In this document: one piece after another, positions 11,272 through 22,179 of the stretch
Layout of the letters: each line of letters begins with the position of its first letter
Numbering within the stretch: position 1 is the stretch's first letter
Assembly: GCA_047495785.1 (NCBI GenBank)
Contig: JBLDXI010000042.1
Coordinates: 3,100,001-3,164,000 of the forward strand
Origin: Lepidodermella squamata
Lineage: Eukaryota; Animalia; Gastrotricha
Direction: 5' to 3'
Length of the DNA: 64,000 nt
Made by a program: the position numbers and the translations under genes
The notes under the pieces: model-generated
Databases searched by the model: none
The model's input: only the letters and a program-made list of their open reading frames with translations
Told to the model about the DNA's origin: nothing

Positions 11272-12533
11272 TTGTAAGTTCTCAGAAACTGTCATTAAAT
11301 TCTGATAAAATCAGTTTTAGAATTGCGTAAAAGCTGACAAGCAACGTTACCTTTTATACTCCATTTAGCTCTGTCCGATCCAGTAAGGTGACGTTATTGC
11401 GATATATAACAATATCAATGTCTCAATTATCTTGCCTACTGTACATCAGGCCTCTGAAACTGGGCACCGATTGAACCGTAGCATTCATATCGGGCACGTT
11501 TGATTACGGCATGCCGGAAAACCTTGACGCCGTGTCCTTCCGCTGGTCTATTCCCTCAAAATCAAGTACTTTCACGTCTGTACTTCAACAAGTAGTGCTC
11601 CAAAGTTTGTCTAGATAATGCTATTTAAGTTATTAATCATGGAACTTACGACAAAACTTGACGCAACATTTAATTAGCTTTTGTCTTGAACGTCGAAGTG
11701 AGTCACCGGCAGAACTAGCGCACGTTATCTACTAATAACAGCTAATTAAAGCCGCCCGACATAGGGCGCGTGTAAAACGAAGTGTCGCCAGCTTCCGTGG
11801 TGTGGACTCGCACGATCATCACGCGACTTAAATGTCTTCTTGCAATTTAAACCTGAAAATGTGCGTCCGGATAATGAAAAACGCCATGTCGGGTTTTGTT
11901 GGTGACATGGGACATGGGATAGCAGAGATCGCCACTTTAATTGGCTTATCGCATTGCGACACCTCATATGGACATGCCCACCAGACCCTTTTGTTGCATG
12001 CTAATGATCTCCCAAACAAATCAAGTTCGGGGACTTGAAAATGCTATACATGGTTTAATTAATCATTATATAATTAAAAGTCTTTAGGAGGATAGACGTG
12101 GAACGATTCACCTCTAGTCGATACTTGAGACGACAGACTCATTTAAAGAGACAATTGTTTCAGAAAGAGTTTCCACGAAAAAATTCAGTCATTGAGACAA
12201 CAAGTCGTTCGTTTAACCAACTGAATCTCATTGCCTCATTACCATTACTAGGTTCCTCCATCGTGGCTAAAATCAGTTTCAGCTATCATTGCTACCTACA
12301 TGGAAAATGTTTCGACAGCTCCTTGATTTGCTATGGGGATTACAGCTTGTTTCTGCCCGTTATAGAATCTATGTGCTTGTAGCGAGTTCGAATACTTCAT
12401 TTGGATGGTCAGTTTCCGGTCCGCTCAGATCGCATAAAACTACTGGAGCATAGCATTCCAAGTTTTATTCATATTCGCTTCAGAATTTCTACCTCGAATC
12501 AATTTACTCATCTTGGATGGATGTCAGTTCAGC

Positions 12534-14012
12534 TTAATAATCGGTCGGAAATTTTTTTGCCAGACATGCCAAGTTGTAATCAGCATAGGACTTCGGGGTA
12601 AACAGCGACAGGTGTGGGCGATTGGCCTGAAGAGCCCTAGCCAAGTGATTGCGCTCTGATTGGATTTGCAACAAAATGCTCGTTATCTGACCAACTTTCA
12701 CGCTGCGGTCATTGTCTGACACGTAATTGCCATCATTCAACTCGACAGCTGCCTTCAACTTATTTAGAGCGTGGGGCCTTGATTGTCCTAAGCGATAATT
12801 GAATTCAAAACACATACAGCTTGACAATATTATTGCGAAAACCTGTAATGAAAAGTGTCACTAACAGCAACGAAAACTCCCTCGGTGTTGGATGCCAAGC
12901 ATTGAGTACGCTGGCCAGGTGGCAACACTGTTGATAATAGGTCTGTCATATACACAAAATTTGAACTATTGAATAAGGAAAGCTAGGAACTTACTGCAAA
13001 TTCTGGCAAAAACTGTAAAATGATTTCGCCTTTGTGCTGAGATAAGCCGAAAGGTGCAGGCTCTAGGCGGTTAGTTTCTGCAAGAATAATAGGCAGCCAA
13101 AGCTCTGGTTGCTCTAAAGCTATTTCTGATGGCTCGCCAATGCAATCCGCCAGCTTTCGGAGGTAGTTATTCGCAGCTTTTGAACCATGCTCAAAGCTCT
13201 CCATCATCACAGTCCAGCAATCGGTGTCGCTGCACATGTACGTCAGTCTTGCATCGTTCCTAGCATGGGGTAGCTGAAATCGGAAGGTAACATGAACGTA
13301 TGCTTTGAAGGATATAGTTAGGTTACCAATGCCAACGATGCCGACAATTCCAGAGTCGCACTCATCACCTTGTCTCTTATGACTTCAAGTGATATACCTT
13401 CAGGAGAACCACTCTTATATGCAACGGTTGATAGTCTTTCTGGAAGGCTACTGAAGCTGCCATCAGCTGTCCCTTCTCTAAAGAAGTGCTCTGGGAAGTA
13501 TGTATAAGAATGAAATTATGAAAAAATCAGAATGACAGCCTCACCTGAGCCGATATCCATGCATCTCATGAAGCGGCATTTAGGACATGACATTCGAAGG
13601 AACACGCCGGAACCAGTTAGAATGGCGTTACGGCTTGCGACGGCGCATTTGTCGGTACCTGTGGTACAACGAAGTTTAGCAGCCCTGGCAGTCAAGCCAT
13701 GATTAGAAGCGTGTCGTTTGAAAAATTTCTGAAAAACAATGCTCCTGAAGCCATTTATCCTATGCAGTAATGTATAACCTTGCAAGCTTGGCATATCGGA
13801 ACGGATTGAGCTCTCACAGGGAACCGACATACCTATATACGAGTAAGGCATTTCGAAATTAAGTTCGAATTGAATAGTCGAATTGAATAGTTTACCAAAC
13901 AGCTGACGACTTCTGGTCCTATAATAGCTCTGGAACTTCCGGCTGCCTTCTTTCCCATCGAGATAACTTCAGATTTGCTTGCCCGAGGCTCAATGGTTAC
14001 TACATTTGCCAT
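12534..14012 (-). CDS. Divergent nuclear receptor (C4 zinc-finger DBD plus degenerate LBD, 383 aa)
   Basis: Seven exons: 14012-13896, 13832-13779, 13728-13545, 13490-13327, 13273-12995, 12942-12843, 12787-12534; all introns are 50-63 nt and in frame. DBD reads CLVC..CQACKKFFKRH..C..C..CPKCRFMRCMDIG. LBD helix-7/8-like segment LNAWHPTPREFSLLLVTLF. Confidence 0.85.
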
Positions 14013-14910
14013 GGAATATGACTATCGCACTTGGAAAGTTGAAATAGGTAATTTCTTGTAAATAAGTCGTCTAACAAATTCGAGACAATAATTCGCTCAT
14101 ACGGTAGCAGATAGAGCGTGCCGAGATGGGTCTGAAGGGATGTAGGTGAAATCAATTACGATAGCGGACGATTCGCCCACACATGGGTGTGACTTTGTGG
14201 ACATCTGCACGATTGCCCGATCACTACCCTGGGCATTAACTCATTTGTGATCAATTATCAGATAAAAGTTCAAACGCTATTTCAAGCTCTGTTTGTTTAA
14301 TTTGACTTCAATCCGTGCATACGTCAGAGCCGACTCTCATAAATTAGGAATTAACTCGGTCTCAGCTTGAAATAACGTCAGCAGCTCGCGACATCCTTCC
14401 TTGCCACCGACATGCGATAGGTGCGGGTACTTGATAAATTCGGTCAACTTTTGCTCGAGATTTTCCAAAATAAGTAGCTTGCAATTTCAACCATTCGGTT
14501 GATTAATGCCGAACTATAAATTACTCCAAGCCATCCAACAGATATGAGATAACAGTAATAAAGTTAACGCGCTGCCCGAAAATGATATCCGTCTCATGAC
14601 AGAGTAAATGACAGAGTTGGAACAATTGAATTTTGGAACCCGCTAATCTGACTATTTCGGTTCGGCATTCTGACTTGAAATTGCTCTTATTTTGGGCAGT
14701 TCGGTTGATCAGTCCTCAAGGAATCAGCATCCAAGTAATTAGTAATTAGATGGACGAGTGGGCCTGCTGCAAACGCCACTGAAAGCCAACAAGCGCTCTT
14801 TTAAATCGTCAAGTGAATTTAAAACCTCACATCTATGAGTAATTTATTCATGTCACCATGTCACCTTATATAAACGAGAAAATAAAGCAATATACAAGAG
14901 TAAATTCGAG

Positions 14911-15278
14911 TCAACATTTTCCGAGATCTGAAATTTGAAGTCCGAATCCAGCCTGGGCCATCTGGTGTAGGGATTTATAATTCAGAGTTTTCTGACAAGC
15001 TTCAGCATCGTCATAAAGGAGCCAAGCCAAACTTCGAGTTAAAGCGTCTGAATTGCGCTGGTCCATTTTGGGAGCCAGGAAACTTCCGTCGCAAATAGCT
15101 ACACTGTTTCTTCTCAGCTGAAAGTAGAAATAGTAGGTAAATATCCGATTAGAGTGGCTATATAAGTTGCTACCTCAAAGGTACTCGTCTTATGCTGTTG
15201 TAGTCTTCCTACCAACTCCCTTTCCGTGGTCAGCAATGCGGCTAGTGTTATTGAAGGAAGGTTCGTATTGACAGCCAT
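14911..15278 (-). CDS. Orphan LxxLL microprotein D (at least 103 aa; may extend 5')
   Basis: Exons 15278-15174 and 15117-14911 with a 56-nt intron; absent from the ORF track. Motifs PSITLAALLT and ALTRSLAWLLYD. Confidence 0.62.
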
Positions 15279-16150
15279 CTTATTCTCATATAGTAACGGA
15301 CTGGCATTTTCGGGCTCATAGCTGGGTAGATATATACACTTCGAGGTTCGAGACTGGTGACCTTATTTGTAACTTGTGACTACAACCTGTACCGAGCAAA
15401 AAATGTACCATTGTACGATAATGATAAAATAGTGGTCGAAAGACCGGTAAATGTCTTTTGAACTATGTATATGTGCAGTTAAAATCGTTGACGAGAGAAG
15501 TAACATGGTGCCCTAATTCTTGACCTAAAAATAGCAATCATCCCATGCCAGGCATAGTTTTGATGAGATTTACGTTGACAAATCAACGTTTGGGGACATT
15601 CAGTGCCAATGCATCTTGCATGTGATCAATTTTCTCAGTGTCTATGGTCTAGGACTCGTATTAGCCTCGCCCTATTATTGTATTATTGAATCATTTTGAT
15701 CATTATACAGACGTGTTTCACAGAATTGTACGTGAATACAAACTCAATTGACGTAATTGCTTTGAAAAGTGAGACTTTACATTGAGAGAGATGTAAAAGT
15801 GGACCATGGTAAATGGTTGAAGGGGGTATGGCAGACTGCAGGCCTAATCAACGAGGTTGTGGATCTTGGCTGCCACACAAAATTGAACATCAAATCAGTC
15901 ACGGGTTCAGTCACGGGTCGTATATGGAAGAAAAGAATCCCCATCGCTCAGTGTTCCCCACGACGTTATTTTTTATTTGCAAGGGCTGATGTTTCGAACA
16001 ATCGAACGTCGGGGATTTTGGCGAAAATCCTTGAATTGAGTCAGGAATTATAGAGCACAAGAAATCTCATAGCTGTTTTATTTTTGCTCAGGGCACAGTC
16101 AATATCAAACAAATCATTTTTGTTATTGGTTTTTGTTAATTTACGCAGTT

Positions 16151-16658
16151 TCATTGATTAGCGCACGCACTGTGGCGATTTGAGAGGATGGGTAAGCCGT
16201 AAATCGGAATTTGATGCATTTTCCCAGTCTTCGAAGTCACCGGCGCGATGTCTTGCTCAAGGAGCCAGGCCAAACAGTGACTCAGTGCCGTAGTTTTAGA
16301 AATCTGGCCTCCATTTTGGATGGGCAAGTCTTTTGATGGAGTTTCGCTATCCTCGGGTTGACTTGTTACCAAGCGCCTCAACGCATCACTTGAGTTTGAC
16401 GATGCTTGATGCTTTTGAATTTGATTTTCCAAGTACCTGTGGAGAACGTGGTTTGGTCCTAAATCCATTTCCTTGATTGGCTTTTTTAGGGTAACCTGCA
16501 ATTATCAAATAAATTATGAATGAGGCTAGTTAAAGCTTAAGCTGTCAACTAACCTTTTTCTTGAGCCAGATGTACTCTTGGAAAGATGACATGCTTTCTT
16601 TTGAGGAAATTGAATGTTGCTGCTGGATTTGCGCAGTCAAATTTTGTGACGAGATCAT
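16151..16658 (-). CDS. Orphan LxxLL microprotein C (149 aa)
   Basis: Exons 16658-16554 and 16495-16151 with a 58-nt intron. Motifs VLHRYLE, ALRRLVT and ALSHCLAWLLEQ. Confidence 0.65.
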
Positions 16659-18190
16659 TAGGCTGCGGCTTTGAGCTTAACAAAACTTTGAGATTGTGTC
16701 TGGGTGAAACAGCGCCAACTTCCGCAGCTTATCCCAACTTAAATAGAAGTAGGAAAGTGACCGAAATCAGGTGTCCGCAATGTGTCAAACTTGACTAAAT
16801 TTAGTAGCGCGTCATGACCAAATTAATTCCTAGCTGGTATAAGTGACGTCGATCGACATTAAGTCGGGTAAAATTATACCTAGTATCGCTTGACCTAATT
16901 TGCCATCAACCAGAACGAGACATTTGCCTTAAGCAATATTGACCAGCCGTGAAACAAGACGTGGGCGGTATCGCTTGGCTTGATCACTAAATGAATGTCG
17001 ATCCCTTGATCGTATGGGAAACTCGGCTAATGTTCAACTTCGTTTTCGCTTAGGACAGACAGCTGGCTTACGATTTGAGCAAAATAACAATCATGTACTA
17101 AAGCCATTTAAACATTCGACATTTAAGACACATTATTGAGTTGATCAGCATTATCGATGAAAAGAGTGACCGTCAGAAAATCTCTGGTCCAAATATATGG
17201 CCTCATGATGACGATTAATGAACTAAATTTACTAAAAATGAACAGTCAAATTAGTTGTGCAATTGGATTCATGATAATTTCTTTGTCATGCTTAGACGAT
17301 ATTTTTTATAAATGTACGTTAGTGGATAAGTCGGGCGTATTTCAATGTTAGGGATTAAAATCTCGGTCAAACGCACATCAGCAGCAATGTTTCATTCCTT
17401 GATTAAACAGAAATGAGGCTAAATTGGATCGGCTACCCGGTGACGGTGCCAAACCTAAAACTTGAAATCATAGACATGTTCGGAGCGGCCTCAGAATAAG
17501 ACAGTACGTCGGTGATCCGGTGAACAGAAAAATACATTCTTTTCATTTGATGAATGAACAACTTTGAAGCAGCTTCACTGTCAACAGCTCCAGAATATGA
17601 GATAAGCGCATGAATCAATTGGTGAAATTTGCATAAATACAGGAGTGGATCCAGGTGTTTATTCAATTTGGCAGTAGGATAGTAAATTTTATGAATGGAA
17701 ATAGCTGCTGTTTACGGCCTGGTATCATACGCCAGACAACGGCAAATTTAAAACCACCTTGTATTCCAAAACCATTTGTATATGATTAACTCACACTGAA
17801 ACTCAGACTATAAGTCGCACTTCAGTTGCCGCCTCATTGTTAACTACGGTTAGCTATGGTAGGCCTATGCTTTTATGGTCTATGGTTTCCTATAAGAAGA
17901 AGCAAGTAAACATACGAGCCTTACTTCTTTTGAGTTTGTTCAATTTATATATTATGCAAGTCGGCCACGCGTTTAGCGGTCCCATAGACGATGAAAAACA
18001 ACAACACGAATGCGTCAAAAGCTTGGTTAGTTCTTATACCGAGGCCTTTTGCTCGTAGCAATTGCATCAAATGCACGGAACCCTGTAGTTTTTCTCTCCT
18101 TGTTAAGGCCTAGTTTCACTTTTCTGAACTTATACACTCCGGACATTTGCAACAAGCAGATTGTTACAGAATTTCTCGATCGTGATTGAG

Positions 18191-19056
18191 ATGGATCATA
18201 ATCATGACCACAGCATGCACGGCATGCAAATGCCGATGCAAATGGCGTCAACAACAATGAAATCGCTCGCCCAATCTTTATTTACAACGACCTTCCAACC
18301 GAGTTCTCCGTCCACCAAAATCTCCACGGTTGCTGCTACAACAACAACTGCTGCAACGTTTGCTGCTACCCAAACAACTACGGCCGAAAAAGTCATGGAA
18401 GCCATGCATATGCATGACCATCATGATCATGATCATGGCGATAGTCTTCCATTAAGTGATAGCAAAAGCGAACACAGCATGTCTATGCCGATGGTTTTCT
18501 TTGAAAGCAGCAATAACTTCAAAGTCCTGTTCGAGGCTTGGGTGGTCGACCACCAGTGGCGTAAGTCCCTAAAATGCAAATTCGCTTTCCTAGTTTTCTC
18601 ATTTTTTAACTGATAGAATTCGCCCTTACTATAATCGGCTGCTTTTTCATGGGGTTCGTCTTTGAAGCTCTACGAATCCTGCGCCAGGTCCATTTCCAGA
18701 AACAAGGGCGAAACATGTTGCCATGGAAGAGGACAAACAGCAAACAGGCTATCAACCAGCAAAGTTGCTGTGAAAGCAACAGTAACAGTGAAGATGCTGC
18801 CCCCAGCAATATTAAAGCTACGTCACTGAACCAAGGAATTGAAGTGAACACAGGTTTTTTCAGCGCTTTCCACGTTGTCCAGACGATTCTTCACCTACTC
18901 ATGGCTTGCCTTGGCTACCTGTTGATGCTAGCCGTTATGTCTTTTAACATTTGGGTTTTCGTGGCGATTGTAGGCGGTCTAACCGTAGGCTACCTCGCTC
19001 TAGGCCATTTTGTCAAACCAGGAAAATTCACTGGAATTTGCGATGACTGCTGTTAG
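18191..19056 (+). CDS. SLC31A1: Ctr/SLC31 high-affinity copper transporter
   Basis: Exons 18191-18560 and 18617-19056. His/Met-rich ectodomain, MxMxMxF, VLFEAW, TM2 MLAVM (MxxxM), TM3 GLTVG (GxxxG) and C-terminal DDCC. Confidence 0.93.
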
Positions 19057-19187
19057 TATTTAAATGCAACTGAACATTTAATATTTCTTGAATAAATTTA
19101 TTATTTTTATTTCAATATTAAGAAAACACTGTCACTTGATGATCATAATTAACGAAACTGCACAACACTTAGTTATGACAAATGCGT

Positions 19188-20408
19188 TTAGAAGATGAAA
19201 CGGTTCAAAGCTGGTATTCCGGCCAAAGAGATGAACAACAAGGTAGATGAATAGGCGATCCTTGGGCCACAGTAGGATTTTACTGTTTTCGCCGTAGTAC
19301 CAGCAGCGGTAGTTGGGGCGGCAGTCATCGCAGCTGTTGTAGTTGTTACTTCTGTCACCGCAACAGGTGCAGCTCGAGGTACCATCGCTGTCGATGAATC
19401 ATTCGATAGAGCCACAGTGTCATTCGCAGTTACTTGATGATCGATCGTACCATTTAAAGCCCCACCGGTGTCATTTGCTTGGTGCATAGTTGTATCCATC
19501 ATAGCAGCCGTAGTCATTATCATCATTTCTGTGGTTGGAGGTGGTTGAGTTGTAACCATCATGGTCGTAGACTCTGTTGTAGTCTCGTGGTGTAAAGCAG
19601 AAATTGCCATCATAGCTACTCCAGCAACTTCATGATCGCAAAAATGGCCAGCGTCGTTGCATAGTTCGGAGCAGCAGAAGCAAATCTAAATAACTGAAAC
19701 TCGGAAAAAGTTGAAGATGAAGAGTCAAGTTTATACCACAATTCTCTGGCCATCTTTAGAGTAGGAATCCGAACCATTTACGCCGTGTTCACATGTTTGG
19801 GAAATGCTGCTGTCGTTTCTCGGCGGCATGCAACCATGCCGTTTCCAGTTCGTTGGTAAGGAATCATTTCCCGACATCGACTCGATCGTCATATGGCTGA
19901 GAGATGACTCATCCAAAGAAACGGTTTTCTGTGAAAAAGTCCAATGATTTACTTGTGAATTATAAGATGGCTAAGGATTAAGGATTCGATTTCTACCTTA
20001 TAATCCTTTCTTTATTGGAGAAACTCAAAATTAAGCTGGAGAGCAAAAACTTGGAAGCTTTCCTTAAATCAGACGATTCAAGGCAAAATTCTGAGACTCA
20101 TTCTGGTGATACCGTTGAACTCCTTAGCCTCATTTGAAATGCACGTTTCATCTAGCTGGCACACATGAATCCTAGATTCCGCAGGCGAATAACGAAACGA
20201 ACCCGGGTTCTTACTTACTGTGCAAAATTCGCAGCCATGGACGATGGAAACATTGCCGGATTGTTCGTCCGAGTGGTAACACGTAAAGTTCGCTGGAATG
20301 GTAAATTCTCAAGGAATGGTTTTATGGACAAACCGTGGTGGTTATACCTTGGACGGGGCAGGTTTGTAACAGGATAACAGTGAGGCTAAATACTGCAAGA
20401 ACAATCAT
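19188..20408 (-). CDS. Ly6/three-finger (Quiver-like) protein with Met/His/Thr-rich stalk and GPI-like tail
   Basis: Exons 20408-20348, 20292-20219, 19928-19737 and 19685-19188. Signal peptide, FTCY, CEFC, CFCCSELCN and a hydrophobic C-terminus. Confidence 0.78.
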
Positions 20409-20790
20409 GTAAGCTCTCGATTCGTAATAACCGAAGATATCTCTAAAAATCACTGCGATATAAGAACGTGTACCCCTATGATGATGATTCGCGCAGTGTT
20501 TACCTTTCTGAATAAATTAATTGCACCGGGATGACGACGAAAAAACGGCTGATGGTATGATAAACATCGCATCATCTAAAAAATGATTGGCCCCGGTTTT
20601 TTTCAGACTAAACGTCCGCAATTGATTTTTTTTATCACAGCCGGATGGCGGCTATAAAAGGCCGAGTTGCTCGGCAAATAATCGCCTGAAATCAAAGTCC
20701 TGTAATGTTTGCACACGACTGAGCTCATAAGTGAGCTAAAACAGCAAATAAAATCAGCTTTCAGCCTGCATCAAATGCTCATTTATTATT

Positions 20791-21256
20791 TTACATCGGC
20801 CGGTTATCCGCAGTCGGCTGAAGAGTCTGGCTTTTGAAGTTATGAAATATGTCGGCATCATATTTGCCGGTCATGATGTCGTTCGATAGCATCTGCGCCC
20901 ATAGGTGGAAGGAAACGTTGCCTTCGCAAACGCTGCGCGATTTCAGCATTTCCATACACTTTTGCATGCGCAGTTTTCGTACCATTCGAGCGCGAATGCG
21001 CGGCGGAAGGCGCTCAAATGTCGATGGCATTTCACTTGGCATTACCGCATCCAAAGTTTTGCGAGCCATTTTACCTGGACAATGTTTGATCGTTATTAGG
21101 GCTGAAAAAACCTGGGTATAACTTACTCTCTATAAGCGCGAGCTTTTTCAACATTGTCCTGCCAGTTGGCTCGATCGAGTTCGCCTTTGATCGGCTGAAA
21201 GCACTGGCGGGAAGTAAGGTCACACTCAAAAAACAAGCTCCAAGTAGTAGCCGCAT
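20791..21256 (-). CDS. Orphan secreted protein or possible peptide precursor (137 aa)
   Basis: Exons 21256-21127 and 21074-20791 with a 52-nt intron. Clear signal peptide MRLLLGACFLSVTLLPASA, KK/RK sites and one Cys pair (C-x9-C). Confidence 0.68.
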
Positions 21257-21662
21257 TTCGCCAAAGACAGTAAAAGTTCAAAACTATAGGACAAAAGTTG
21301 AAATGATCAATAATTGCTATATAATTCAAATGTAACGCGCTCTATGCTCTTTGTCTAATGAACCTAGCGAATGGTGAGAAATCCGGTTTACACAAGTAGG
21401 TAAAGGATGAACAGGTACTATAGGACTCGAGGCATGGTCAGCATGAATCGAGAACGATTTCTGAATGGCTTCCTGTACTGTCGGTCAAATAAAGCTTGCG
21501 AATATTGCGAGCCACTCACCGCCCACAACTGGATAATATTTAGCGAAAAATTACGGTTCCGACAATTCGCAGTGCGTAATCTATTAGCATGAATTATTCA
21601 ATAGCTTTCGCTGTTCCGTGACGTTTTATAGACTGGGGTGCTAGCGCAGTTCGAGAGACATT

Positions 21663-21917
21663 ATGGATTGTCAAATCGCACTTTGTCTGAGTGTTCTCTT
21701 AATTAATGCAATAATTATAGTGATGCCGCAAATACTGGCCCACGCTCGTTTAGTAACCCGAGCAACACCAGGTTCCACCCTCAAGGGCCCGCCCTCGAAT
21801 AGTAGCCGAGGTCAATACTGGTTTGTCTTGCTACCTACGTCAATATGGTAATCATCACAAAGCCGATTCCAGAGCAAATCCGCAATTGGCATTACGATAG
21901 TGAACAGCAGATTTGAT
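21663..21917 (+). CDS. Possible tiny secreted peptide
   Basis: Signal-like N-terminus MDCQIALCLSVLLINAIIIVMPQILA. Candidate intron gtcaat...ttccag; the 3' structure is uncertain. Confidence 0.3.
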
Positions 21918-22179
21918 GTCGTAGAAAGGAAGATCAAGTGAGGGTAAGGAACTTGGAACAGCTATAGCATTAGACAAGCAGACATGGCGTGGTTTTTCGA
22001 ATGCACCATTGTTCGAGTTTTTATTGTTCTTCTTGCAGACGGTCTCTTTAGCAGCATTGTGGTAATGATATGAAAATCAACTTATCAGACGGATTGCGAT
22101 AGTAGTTAGCTCATATCTATAATCCGCTTGCTCAATTTAACGGAGGGATTGATCGGGCATAGTATAAAAATAATGAGGA

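Noticed and set aside
11746-12400. Cys/His-containing minus-strand frames (WACPYEVSQC.., LNCKKTFKSRDD..HH..H) that suggest a zinc finger or second NR fragment
   Set aside because: No consistent GT-AG model joins the pieces and the spacing fits neither C2H2 nor C4. It may be a pseudogene; unresolved.
15769-16053. 94-aa plus-strand ORF within the NR cluster
   Set aside because: GTG start, no recognisable motif and no supported splice structure.
17433-17666. Minus-strand ORF with Leu-rich helices, considered as a fifth LxxLL gene
   Set aside because: It lacks the W-box and a credible ATG or exon structure.
20650-20755. Plus-strand TATAAAAG followed by AATAAA
   Set aside because: Only a 5-codon ORF lies between them and there is no recognisable RNA structure.
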